The notes: generated by a model from the letters alone, not told the origin. 32,000 bases of DNA from Candidatus Chlorohelix allophototropha (GCF_030389965.1 NZ_CP128399.1:2670799-2702798); one strand, 5' to 3'. Positions 9,396 through 17,907 are shown, counted from the first letter of the stretch. Numbers and translations are program-made.

Positions 9396-10463
9396 TTAAT
9401 TATATTTTGTAGTTGGAAGATGAGGACCAATATATCCAATTATAATTTTACTTTCTGTAGTGGTTTGATATGGATAAAAATGCAATCTCCAAGCATTTTG
9501 TGGGAGTGAACAATGCCATTCAAACGTTCTAGTTTGACCATCGGGACAAACAAAAGTTCGTTTAGACGCATATTCTGCATTATTCATTGTAGACTCGCTT
9601 TCCTTTCGAGGTTCTCCACTTACTTGTGAAAAATCAAATGATCCTCGAGTCCGAGTACATGCTACCCTTTCAAGCTCTAATAATCGTTTTTTTATTGATC
9701 CAACCAGCTGATTTCCGTTAAGTAAGCCTTTTAGAGCATTACCAACTGAATCACAAAAATCTAATGATGGGAAAAATTCGTGTATGTTATCCCATAAATC
9801 TTTACCGTTATTAATCTTATCCAGCCGTTCAGCTTGTTCGGATGGAAGGTCGGTAGGTGAGAAAATTAGTGGGAATTTTTCCCGGATAATTTTGTCTGTA
9901 GGTAATTGTATATTTGGATCGATGGTTTCAATTTCTACCTCTATGTCAAGATGAGTAGAAACAGAAGTTAATTTTAATGTTGCTATATTTAATCCTATAC
10001 CAAAACTATGTTGGTGAAATTTACAGGCTGTTGCAGTTGTTAATAACTCACCAATTCGCTTTTTATTTTCTTCAAGAATTTGTCTAAAAATAAATTCATT
10101 TGGCAAAATTTCAATTGTTTTATGTATGGCTAAATGCCCTAAGGCATCAAATTTATTTTCTATGTCACCAATAATGGACTCTTCATCATTATTTTTATCC
10201 CTAAAAAACTGATTCAATTTTTGTGTAATCGATATAATTCTTTTGCTATTAATCCCATATCTTCTAAAATCTTCAAACATAGGGAATTTTTGATTATTTA
10301 TAAGATTGTATGTACATTTCGTGGAATGGAACCATTTATATGGCGAATTTGTGGCTTCAATAAGCCATGCCTCAAGAGCATCTACCCATTCTTCAACTGT
10401 AATTTTTTCAGCAGTATCAGAGGGTAATGTCAAAATATGAGGGTCAATAAGAAAACTTATCAA
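9396..10463 (-). CDS. Hypothetical protein, partner of downstream-encoded-first AAA ATPase; putative effector
   Basis: 355 aa ORF; TTG start (10463) overlaps the ATPase stop (TTGA) and is preceded by GGAGG, indicating translational coupling; no family recognised; C-terminal '...TFEWHCSLPQNAWRLHFYPYQTTTESKIIIGYIGPHLPTT'. Confidence 0.75.
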   Translation of the reverse strand: MISFLIDPHILTLPSDTAEKITVEEWVDALEAWLIEATNSPYKWFHSTKCTYNLINNQKFPMFEDFRRYGINSKRIISITQKLNQFFRDKNNDEESIIGDIENKFDALGHLAIHKTIEILPNEFIFRQILEENKKRIGELLTTATACKFHQHSFGIGLNIATLKLTSVSTHLDIEVEIETIDPNIQLPTDKIIREKFPLIFSPTDLPSEQAERLDKINNGKDLWDNIHEFFPSLDFCDSVGNALKGLLNGNQLVGSIKKRLLELERVACTRTRGSFDFSQVSGEPRKESESTMNNAEYASKRTFVCPDGQTRTFEWHCSLPQNAWRLHFYPYQTTTESKIIIGYIGPHLPTTKYN

Positions 10464-12334
10464 GACCTACCCTCCACTCGACTAATAATACTCTCTGATG
10501 TAATGATGCTTTCTTGAATTAAGGTTTCATCAAAGAACCCTTCAGGCCAGTTTTCGATAGCGCCATCTGATGAAATTTGGATTTTTTCAAAAGTGGTAGA
10601 GCCTGAGTCATCTTGCTTGGCAAAATATATAACGCAGTCACTTTTTTCCTGACCACCCGCTTGGACAATATGTAAACGAAGTTGGTTAATTAGGTTTTCA
10701 CTATGAGTTTCAACCAAACATTGTTTGCCACACTTAACCAATCCCACTAGAAAATCTCCTAATCTTGATTGTACTCTAGGATGCAAGTGGAGTTCCGGTT
10801 GTTCTACAATTAATAGTGTTCCTTTTGGGGCTAATAAACCCATTACCAGAATTGGGAGTATTTGGCTTACACCTACGCCAACTGCAGTTAGAGGCAAAGG
10901 GGCATTACCTTGCTTTGGAATAATTTGCCAAATTACGCCAGTTTGTCCTGCAACCTCAATTTGGACGCGCTCTCCGACATTTAAATACTTAACCCAATTA
11001 TCCAATGCATTTTTTAATTTATCCTTGTTTATATGTGATTCATAAGGATTATAATACTCTACAAAGTTATTTTGATTCGTATCATAAACATAGGCTGCAT
11101 ATTCTCCTCTGATACCAACATCATCAACTTCACTGCTTGGAGAAAATCTTTGCGCAGCTTGGGGATCTGCACGTAATGGACCTAAATAGCGAATTCGTCG
11201 TGTGAAATATTTGGCGATGTAATCTGATATTCGCTGCCATACTTCTAATTCAGGATTTTCAAAGGAAATTATTTCAATTCCCTCATCACTGCTATTAGGA
11301 AGTTCTTCATGTTTTAAGTATTCTTCGGTTATTAACGCTAGTATTAATCTATAGGCTGAAATAGTATTCCTTCTAAGGTGTAAGAGTTGTATTTTTTGGA
11401 GCCACTTGAATAAATCAAGTAATTTATCTCCTTCAAAGGAGGGGCTTATTTCAAGTTTATTCAACAAATCAAAGAAGTTTTGTTTGAAGTCTGAATCAAG
11501 CTCGATATCTTGAATCTCTTTATTTAAGGCAGTTGATCGCGTTGTTTTAGGAAAAGAAGTCATTTCTCTTAAATTCACTCTTCTCTCGAATAAATCAGAA
11601 AAGTATCTTTCATACTCTCTTTTTTTACGTTCTACCAACGAGTATTTTCCATAAAATCTTCTCGGGATAAAATGAGAAAGAGAAACTAAATATTCTTTCT
11701 TTTGTCCACCTTTATCAACTTTTACGAAGTAAGTTTTGTCGTCATCACCAAACAAGGATTTATAAATATTGTCTGGGATAACATTCGAAAAAAAAGTTCC
11801 CCTTAGTGTTTGATCCATTTCGGCAATATTTAATTGGTGCAGATTTTTAGGATTATTTTCTTCCGGGAAAAGCTCCATTTGATATAGCAACGATCTAGTT
11901 TCTAATTTTATAGATTTAAGAGATATTTTTGAAGCTTGATCACTTGAAACAGTTTGTTTATTTGGGATTAAACCACTAAATTTAGCGGAAACCTTTACAG
12001 TATCATTCAATGATTCTCTGGGTTTTCGCGAGGGAGCTCGGTCTATTGGTACTATTTGATCTAAATCCAATTCAAAATCAAGCTCGATAGTTTTATTTCT
12101 TGATTTGTTTTTTAATATATCCTTAAATTGACCAAGTTGAAGAAATAATCCATTAATTATCAACGGGCGATCAGCAATTGGGTTACTCAGTGTTTGAGCA
12201 ACCATCAAGATTGACTGTAGAATACTACTTTTCCCTGAGCTATTCTGTCCCGATAGCACAGTAAGCCCTGCTAATTCAAGCTCACCTGAGTCATCTATTG
12301 GTTTAAAACGTTTTATTCTCCACATCTTTAGCAT
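10460..12334 (-). CDS. AAA family ATPase (OLD/SMC-like, DUF3696-like C-terminus)
   Basis: Walker A 'GLTVLSGQNSSGKSSILQSILMV', signature-like 'TAVGVGVSQILPILVMGLLA', Walker B 'GTLLIVEQPELHLHPRVQSRLGDFLV', H-loop 'CLVETHSENLINQLRLHI', tail 'DGAIENWPEGFFDETL'; no TOPRIM motif seen. Confidence 0.88.
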   Translation of the reverse strand: MLKMWRIKRFKPIDDSGELELAGLTVLSGQNSSGKSSILQSILMVAQTLSNPIADRPLIINGLFLQLGQFKDILKNKSRNKTIELDFELDLDQIVPIDRAPSRKPRESLNDTVKVSAKFSGLIPNKQTVSSDQASKISLKSIKLETRSLLYQMELFPEENNPKNLHQLNIAEMDQTLRGTFFSNVIPDNIYKSLFGDDDKTYFVKVDKGGQKKEYLVSLSHFIPRRFYGKYSLVERKKREYERYFSDLFERRVNLREMTSFPKTTRSTALNKEIQDIELDSDFKQNFFDLLNKLEISPSFEGDKLLDLFKWLQKIQLLHLRRNTISAYRLILALITEEYLKHEELPNSSDEGIEIISFENPELEVWQRISDYIAKYFTRRIRYLGPLRADPQAAQRFSPSSEVDDVGIRGEYAAYVYDTNQNNFVEYYNPYESHINKDKLKNALDNWVKYLNVGERVQIEVAGQTGVIWQIIPKQGNAPLPLTAVGVGVSQILPILVMGLLAPKGTLLIVEQPELHLHPRVQSRLGDFLVGLVKCGKQCLVETHSENLINQLRLHIVQAGGQEKSDCVIYFAKQDDSGSTTFEKIQISSDGAIENWPEGFFDETLIQESIITSESIISRVEGRS

Positions 12335-12425
12335 AAATCAACCTGCCTTACTTGTTATAAATTATAAAAATTTCTTAACATTTGGATTTTTCAGTGCAAA
12401 AATAAGTTTAGAGCAATTCTGAAAA

Positions 12426-12587
12426 CTAGAGCGCAAAGAAGGTTAAATAAGTCGCGTTTGTAACAAGCAAGTCATTACAATGTAAATATTCACTTCCAAA
12501 TTTTGTAGATTCAGAACTGCCGATTTGTAGGTCTTTAAAACTGATAAGGTCGGTAATGTTAAAAGCTGCGTCAAGCTCTGCGGTCAT
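12426..12587 (-). pseudogene. Truncated, diverged copy of the 5' end of the thymidylate-synthase-like gene (first 27 codons homologous, then unrelated sequence to TAG)
   Basis: Minus-strand translation MTAELDAAFNITDLISFKDLQIGSSES... versus MTAELGATYNLTDLISYKDLQIGNPES... of the intact gene; 67/81 nt identical by hand alignment; GGGAGG Shine-Dalgarno upstream. Confidence 0.85.
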
Positions 12588-12743
12588 TTATAACTACCTC
12601 CCTGAAAACGACTAATCCACAAATTTGTGTGGTTATCCACAACTGCTAGGCACAAGGCATTAAAAAATTACTATATATTGTGGATAACTTAGAAGGTCTA
12701 ACATGTTTTACCATAATGAGCGGGATATGTCAATATAATTCAG

Positions 12744-12773
12744 TGGGTAAACGGTGGGTAAATATATTTACCT
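12744..12773. promoter_or_regulatory. Operator-like cluster: tandem GTGGGTAAA (12744-12752, 12755-12763) overlapping perfect 16-bp palindrome GGTAAATATATTTACC (12758-12773)
   Basis: Direct reading; lies 17 bp upstream of the -35 of the next promoter. Confidence 0.6.
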
Positions 12774-12790
12774 GATTTTCAGGTTATACC

Positions 12791-12819
12791 TTGACAGCCC
12801 CCGCAACGGGGAACATAAT
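12791..12819 (+). promoter_or_regulatory. Sigma-70-like promoter of the paa-type operon
   Basis: TTGACA (12791-12796), 17-nt spacer, CATAAT (12814-12819); the spacer contains the dyad CCCCG-CAA-CGGGG (12799-12811). Confidence 0.65.
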
Positions 12820-12907
12820 ATGCTACAGAATTTTCACTATCGTGCAAATTTCGTTGTATGTTGTGAGAAAAGACTCAAGCAGCTATATTTGCTCTGAGGT
12901 AGTACAA

Positions 12908-13177
12908 ATGCTCCCGCGTTCAATGTTCTTTACGCTTTACGGGGTTTATATCCGGCATTTTGGTGAAGAAATCCGCATGGGCAGCCTGATAAGATTGCTG
13001 GCAAAGGATTGGCGCGGCGGTGAAGCTTTTGACCTTTTCCGGCGCTATGACGGTTTGTTAGCTGAAGGAGCAGGACGTTATTTTTATCGGCTTTATACGC
13101 CTGATGTTTCAGCCGCCCTCGATGAAAAAGCTATTAGAGGGTTACGCGCTCAGCTTGACCCTTTCAGCGTTAGTTGA
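12908..13177 (+). pseudogene. Short PaaX-like ORF (89 aa), apparently internally deleted transcriptional regulator remnant
   Basis: 'MFFTLYGVYIRHFGEEIRMGSLIRLLA' resembles the PaaX N-terminus and 'LLAKDWRGGEAFDLFRRYDGLLAEGAGRYFYRLY' resembles its C-terminus; the full protein should be about 250-300 aa; gAGG ribosome-binding site 8 nt before the ATG. Confidence 0.55.
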
Positions 13178-13195
13178 AAATATGACAAAAGTGAG

Positions 13196-14539
13196 ATGAA
13201 TAGAATGTATTTCAACGCCGAAATAGAAACTATGCCCCGCGATGAGTTGCGGAAATTGCAACTGGAACGCCTTAAACAAACGCTTGGCTATGCTTATACA
13301 AAAGTGGCTTTCCATCAGCACCAGTTTCAACAAGCCAATGTTACGCCTGATTCGTTGCATACGCTGGAAGATTTGAACAAATTCCCCTTCATAACCAAAC
13401 CACAATTGCGAGAAAATTACCCGTTCGGGCTGTTCGCGGTCAAGCCCAACGATAAGGATAAAATAGTGCGTCTGCACGCTTCCAGCGGCACAAAAGGCAA
13501 ACCGACAGTAGTGGGTTACACCGCCCACGATATAGAAGTATGGGCGGAGAGTTGCGCCCGCGCAATCGCCTGCGCGGGAGGCAAACCCGGTGATGTGTTG
13601 CATGTGGCATATGGCTACGGGCTTTTCACGGGCGGGTTAGGCTTGCACTACGGAGGCGAGAAACTCGGCGCGTGTGTGATACCCGCATCTGGAGGCAATA
13701 CGCCACGTCAGATATTATTGATGCAAGATTTTCAAGCGCAAGGGCTGTGCTGTACCCCTAGTTATGCCTTGAATCTGGCAGAATATCTCAAAGAGCATAA
13801 TATCCCGTTGGAAAGTCTGAATCTCAAGTACGGTATTTTGGGTGCAGAACCCTGGACTGAGGAAATTCGGGTCAAGGTTGAGGAGGGCTTGGGCTTGATT
13901 GCGCTGGACATCTACGGGTTGAGCGAAATCACCGGACCGGGCGTATCAATGGAATGTCCGTACAAACAGGGCTTGCATATCTGGGAAGATTATTACCTAC
14001 CGGAAATAATAAACCCTGCTACCCTCGAACCCTTACCGGACGGTGAAATCGGCGAACTGGTCTTTACTACGCTGGCAAAAGAAGCCATCCCTATGATTCG
14101 TTACCGCACCGGCGACTTGTGTAACCTAACCTACGAAAAATGCGATTGCGGACGCACGCATGCCCGCATGGGCAAAATCAAAGGGCGCATAGATGACATG
14201 CTGATTGTGCGTGGCATCAATGTTTTCCCTTCCGAGATTGAGCGCGTGCTACTGGAATTTGAGGAACTCGCGCCACATTATCAGATTGTGCTGGAGCGCC
14301 CGGAAGTGCTGGATGTTGTGACGGTTCATTGCGAATCCACCACCGCCTTTACAGTGAGTGTCTTCGGAGATGCCGAGCATGACGAGGAACATCATCTTTT
14401 GAGCAGTTTGCGTCAACATATTATGTTGAAACTGAGAGAGGGTCTGGGAGTCAGTTTGCAGGTGAAAATCAACCCACCTCACACCATTCCCCGCAGCGAA
14501 GGCAAAGCGGTGCGCGTAGTGGATAATCGACCAAAATAA
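13196..14539 (+). CDS. paaK: Phenylacetate-CoA ligase
   Basis: 'VRLHASSGTKGKPTVVGYTAHDIEVWAE...YGLFTGGLGLHYGGEKLG...GLSEITGPGVSMEC...RYRTGDL...GRIDDMLIVRGINVFPSEIE'. Confidence 0.95.
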   Translation: MNRMYFNAEIETMPRDELRKLQLERLKQTLGYAYTKVAFHQHQFQQANVTPDSLHTLEDLNKFPFITKPQLRENYPFGLFAVKPNDKDKIVRLHASSGTKGKPTVVGYTAHDIEVWAESCARAIACAGGKPGDVLHVAYGYGLFTGGLGLHYGGEKLGACVIPASGGNTPRQILLMQDFQAQGLCCTPSYALNLAEYLKEHNIPLESLNLKYGILGAEPWTEEIRVKVEEGLGLIALDIYGLSEITGPGVSMECPYKQGLHIWEDYYLPEIINPATLEPLPDGEIGELVFTTLAKEAIPMIRYRTGDLCNLTYEKCDCGRTHARMGKIKGRIDDMLIVRGINVFPSEIERVLLEFEELAPHYQIVLERPEVLDVVTVHCESTTAFTVSVFGDAEHDEEHHLLSSLRQHIMLKLREGLGVSLQVKINPPHTIPRSEGKAVRVVDNRPK

Positions 14540-14571
14540 AATTCTTATAGCTAATAATCGTGAGGAAAAAC

Positions 14572-14880
14572 ATGGTTGTTATGGTAGCGCTGTACAAAGA
14601 ACCCGCCAACCGGGCAGAATTTGATAAATATTATTGGGAAACACATTTGCTGCTTGCCGGAAAAATCCCCGGCTTGTTAAAAAGTGAAGTATGCACCTTT
14701 TACGAACTAGAGGGCGGGGGTGAGCTTCCCTATTACCTAATGACCAAACTTTATTTTAACAGCAAGGAAGAAATGGCAGCCGCTTTCGCCACCCCTGAAG
14801 GACGCGCTACCGCCAAAGACCTGCGGAATTTCACCACACCGAGCAGTGTCACCATCACTTACGCCGAAGTTAAAGAATAA
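14572..14880 (+). CDS. EthD-domain (dimeric alpha/beta barrel) family protein
   Basis: 'MVVMVALYKEPANRAEFDKYYWETHLLLAGKIPGLLKSEV...PYYLMTKLYFNSKEEMAAAFATPEGRATAKDLRNF'. Confidence 0.8.
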   Translation: MVVMVALYKEPANRAEFDKYYWETHLLLAGKIPGLLKSEVCTFYELEGGGELPYYLMTKLYFNSKEEMAAAFATPEGRATAKDLRNFTTPSSVTITYAEVKE

Positions 14881-14896
14881 GAAAGGGTATGGATAA

Positions 14897-15673
14897 ATGG
14901 GCTTTGAGAATATTATCTATGCGAAAGTGGGAGTAGGTATCGCTAAGGTAACGCTGAATCGCCCCGAAGCGATTAACGCTTACACGCTGCTGATGCTAGG
15001 CGAGATGGCAGAGGCGTTTGCACAAGCCAAAGCCGATTCTGAAGTTCGCACCGTTATTCTGACCGGGGCAGGGCGTGGTTTCTGCGCAGGGGCTGACCTA
15101 CGCACCACCAGCACAATGGATTTTGAGAACGCACTACGTACCTATTATCGCCCTATGATTGAAGGCATTACCGGAATGGGTAAACCTGTAATCGCAATGG
15201 TAAACGGAGTAGCAGCGGGCGCGGGTATGTCCACCACTCTCGCTTGTGATTTCCGGGTAGCAGCTACTAACACACGCTTTGTAACCGCCTTCTCTAAAAT
15301 AGGGTTAGTGCCAGACGCGGGTATGTCATACCATCTACCGCGCCTTATCGGAATTGCCCGCGCTCAGGAAATGATTTCTCTGAACCGGGATGTGAGCGGG
15401 GAAGAAGCGGTATCAATAGGCTTAGCAACCAAAGTAGTAGCCCCTGAAGAACTTGAAAAAGCTACGCTGGAAATGGCGCACTCGCTGGCTAATACCACTA
15501 CGCTGGCTTTTGGCATAACTCGCCAGATGTTGCATAGCGCCTTGCAGATGACTCTGGATGAAGCGTTGGCACAGGAAGAAAAGAATCAGGCAATTGCCGG
15601 AGCGAGCGAAGATTTCAAAGAAGGGGTAGCCGCCTTTATGGAGAAACGCGCCCCAAATTTCAAAGGGAAGTAA
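14897..15673 (+). CDS. Enoyl-CoA hydratase/isomerase (PaaB/PaaG-like)
   Basis: Crotonase signatures 'TVILTGAGRGFCAGADL...IEGITGMGKPVIAMVNGVAAGAGMSTTLACDFRVAATNTRFVTAFSKIGLVPDAGMSYHLPRL'. Confidence 0.93.
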   Translation: MGFENIIYAKVGVGIAKVTLNRPEAINAYTLLMLGEMAEAFAQAKADSEVRTVILTGAGRGFCAGADLRTTSTMDFENALRTYYRPMIEGITGMGKPVIAMVNGVAAGAGMSTTLACDFRVAATNTRFVTAFSKIGLVPDAGMSYHLPRLIGIARAQEMISLNRDVSGEEAVSIGLATKVVAPEELEKATLEMAHSLANTTTLAFGITRQMLHSALQMTLDEALAQEEKNQAIAGASEDFKEGVAAFMEKRAPNFKGK

Positions 15674-15704
15674 TTTTTTGAAGTAGTTGTAAGGAGAAGT
15701 ACAA

Positions 15705-16523
15705 ATGGCAACCACTATTACTATGAGTGAAGCTGAGATTGAAGCGGCAATGCTGGCAAAAATCGAGAATGGCGAAAAGCTTGAGCCAAACGACCCGATG
15801 ACCGCCGAATACCGCGAGTTGCTGCTGAACCTGCTTACCATGCAAGCGGATAGCGAGCTTTCCGGCGGGTACGGCTATATCCCATGGATTAGCCAAGCGC
15901 CCACCATCGAGGAAAAATTGATTGTTGCCAATATTGTGCGGGACGAGATTTTGCATGGCAAACGCATGTATAAATTGCTGGAAGATTTGGGGGTAGAAGT
16001 CGATTCGCGTATCAGGGAAAACGATGAAGCTTTTCTGTATCGGCTGGACGATAACAGCGCCAACATCGGGACACAACGCGCCAAAACCGATAAGCGGGTT
16101 AACATCTTCTACTACCCGATTGAAACTTGGACTGATTTTATAATGTTCAATTTCTGCATGGATCGCGGAGCGGGTCACCAATTGCATGATGCGCTACATT
16201 GCAGCTACGCACCATGGGCGCGGGTCACCGAACAAATCTTCAAGGAAGAGGTAACACATGTGGCGCATGGCGAGAAGTGGGTAAAGAAATTGGCACAAGA
16301 CCCCGCAACCCGCGAGGAATGTCAGCAAACCTTTAACAAATGGTATCTGCGCACGATGAACATATTCGGGCGCGGTAACAGCCCCAAAAACGCGCTGTAT
16401 CGCAAATATCGCCTCAAGTTGCGCGATAACGATGAAGTGCGCGATACTTTTCATCGGGAAGTGGTTGAATTGGTTACAAAGTGGGGGCTGACCGTACCGG
16501 AATGGAAACCGGAGAATATATAA
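15705..16523 (+). CDS. PaaA/PaaC-like di-iron protein (phenylacetic acid catabolic protein family)
   Basis: Ferritin-like di-iron ligand pattern: 'QADSELSGG', 'VRDEILHGKRMYKLLEDLG' (ExxH), 'EQIFKEEVTHVAHGEKWV' (ExxH). Confidence 0.8.
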   Translation: MATTITMSEAEIEAAMLAKIENGEKLEPNDPMTAEYRELLLNLLTMQADSELSGGYGYIPWISQAPTIEEKLIVANIVRDEILHGKRMYKLLEDLGVEVDSRIRENDEAFLYRLDDNSANIGTQRAKTDKRVNIFYYPIETWTDFIMFNFCMDRGAGHQLHDALHCSYAPWARVTEQIFKEEVTHVAHGEKWVKKLAQDPATREECQQTFNKWYLRTMNIFGRGNSPKNALYRKYRLKLRDNDEVRDTFHREVVELVTKWGLTVPEWKPENI

Positions 16524-16566
16524 CGAGCGTTATATATTCAGCCGAGAAAAATAAGGGAAATAGGCG

Positions 16567-17766
16567 ATGGAAGAAGCGGTAATTGTCTCGGCAGTGCGCA
16601 CCCCTATTGGGCGGTATGGAGGCGCATTGGCAACAGTGCGCCCGGATAATTTGGGCGCAATCGTTATTGCCGAAGCAATCAGGCGCACAGGTATAGAAGC
16701 AAGCATGGTTGAAGATGTAATCTTCGGCTGTGCCAATCAGTCGGGCGAAGATAACCGCAACGTGGCACGTATGAGCCTTTTGCTGGCAGGCTTGCCCATT
16801 GAAACGGCGGGTGTAACGGTGAATCGTTTGTGCGGTAGCGGACTGCAAGCGGTAAACGATGCGGCACGTGCCATCAAAGTGGGCGAGGGCGAGGTACTAA
16901 TAGCTGGCGGAGTAGAGAGTATGACCCGCGCTCCTTTTGTAATGGCAAAACCCACCGAGGCATGGCAGCGGGGCAACCCAACTTTGCATGATACTACGCT
17001 CGGTTGGCGTTTCATCAATCCGCGCCTTTCCGAGATGTACTACCCTTACAACATGGGCGAAACCGCCGAAAACGTGGTGGACAAGTATAAAATCAGTCGA
17101 GAAGATCAGGATTTGTTCGCCTACAATTCGCAGAAGCGCGCCACCAATGCTATCGGTGAGGGAAAGTTCAAAGCAGAGATTGTTCCGGTGAAAGTGCCCC
17201 AACGCAAAGGCGAACCGTTTCTGTTTGATACGGACGAACACCCCCGCGCCGATACTACTTTGGAAGCTCTTGCAAAACTCAAACCCGCTTTCCGCAAGGA
17301 TGGAACTGTAACCGCCGGAAATAGTAGCGGCATCAATGATGGGGCTGCTGCGCTGGTGCTGATGTCCGGCAGCAAAGCAGCACAATTGGGTTTGAAACCT
17401 TTGGCGCGGATAGTGACATCAGCGGTGGCAGGGGTTGACCCGGCTACTATGGGGCTTGGACCTATTCCTGCCAGTCGCAAGGCGTTGCAACGCGCCGGGC
17501 TTACGGTAGCTGACTTAGATTTAATTGAGATTAACGAAGCCTTTGCTAGCCAAAGCCTCGCATGTATGCGCGAACTAGGACTCGACCCCGAAAAGGTGAA
17601 CGTGAACGGCGGCGCAATCGCGCTAGGGCACCCGCTTGGTTGTAGCGGGGCGCGCATGCTTACTACTCTTTTATACGAGATGGAACGGCGCGGCTCAAGA
17701 TATGGGCTGGCGACTATGTGCATCGGGGTAGGGCAGGGCATCGCAACTATCATAGAACGACTATAA
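16567..17766 (+). CDS. Acetyl-CoA acyltransferase (thiolase, PaaJ-like)
   Basis: '[33 protein letters not shown]...[14 protein letters not shown]...[24 protein letters not shown]...[16 protein letters not shown]'. Confidence 0.95.
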   Translation: MEEAVIVSAVRTPIGRYGGALATVRPDNLGAIVIAEAIRRTGIEASMVEDVIFGCANQSGEDNRNVARMSLLLAGLPIETAGVTVNRLCGSGLQAVNDAARAIKVGEGEVLIAGGVESMTRAPFVMAKPTEAWQRGNPTLHDTTLGWRFINPRLSEMYYPYNMGETAENVVDKYKISREDQDLFAYNSQKRATNAIGEGKFKAEIVPVKVPQRKGEPFLFDTDEHPRADTTLEALAKLKPAFRKDGTVTAGNSSGINDGAAALVLMSGSKAAQLGLKPLARIVTSAVAGVDPATMGLGPIPASRKALQRAGLTVADLDLIEINEAFASQSLACMRELGLDPEKVNVNGGAIALGHPLGCSGARMLTTLLYEMERRGSRYGLATMCIGVGQGIATIIERL

Positions 17767-17792
17767 ACTCCCTTATCTCCTGCTTTTAAAAG

Positions 17793-17825
17793 ACCCTCGG
17801 CTTGTTATTTTACCGAGGGTTTTTA
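17793..17825 (+). terminator. Rho-independent terminator of the paa-type operon
   Basis: ACCCTCGG (17793-17800) / CCGAGGGT (17813-17820) followed by TTTT. Confidence 0.85.
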
Positions 17826-17907
17826 GTTTCTCCAATTTTATAACTTGTCGAGGATTAGTGCGTTTTATTATTTAGAGAATCAATTATTTACTCTTAAAGA
17901 GGTCAAT

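Noticed and set aside
10725-11045. 106 aa plus-strand ORF inside the ATPase gene
   Set aside because: Fully antisense to a well supported ATPase ORF; composition looks like a reverse-complement shadow with no recognisable domain.
9374-12600. Integrase or transposase driving the island
   Set aside because: Neither ORF between the duplicated 5' ends shows recombinase motifs, and I did not find terminal inverted repeats; mobility is inferred only from the duplicated gene end, gene content and AT shift.
12791-12907. Upstream extension of the PaaX-like ORF from the TTG at 12791
   Set aside because: That TTG is the -35 hexamer of a good promoter; the ATG at 12908 has a well spaced gAGG, so the extension is not likely translated.
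13142-13603. 153 aa minus-strand ORF over the start of paaK
   Set aside because: Antisense shadow of a clear paaK reading frame; no ribosome-binding site or family signal.
17121-17753. 210 aa minus-strand ORF over the thiolase
   Set aside because: Antisense shadow in higher-GC coding sequence; the same applies to 4747-5268, 8294-8542, 8924-9412, 15660-16187, 16897-17385 and other short overlapping ORFs.
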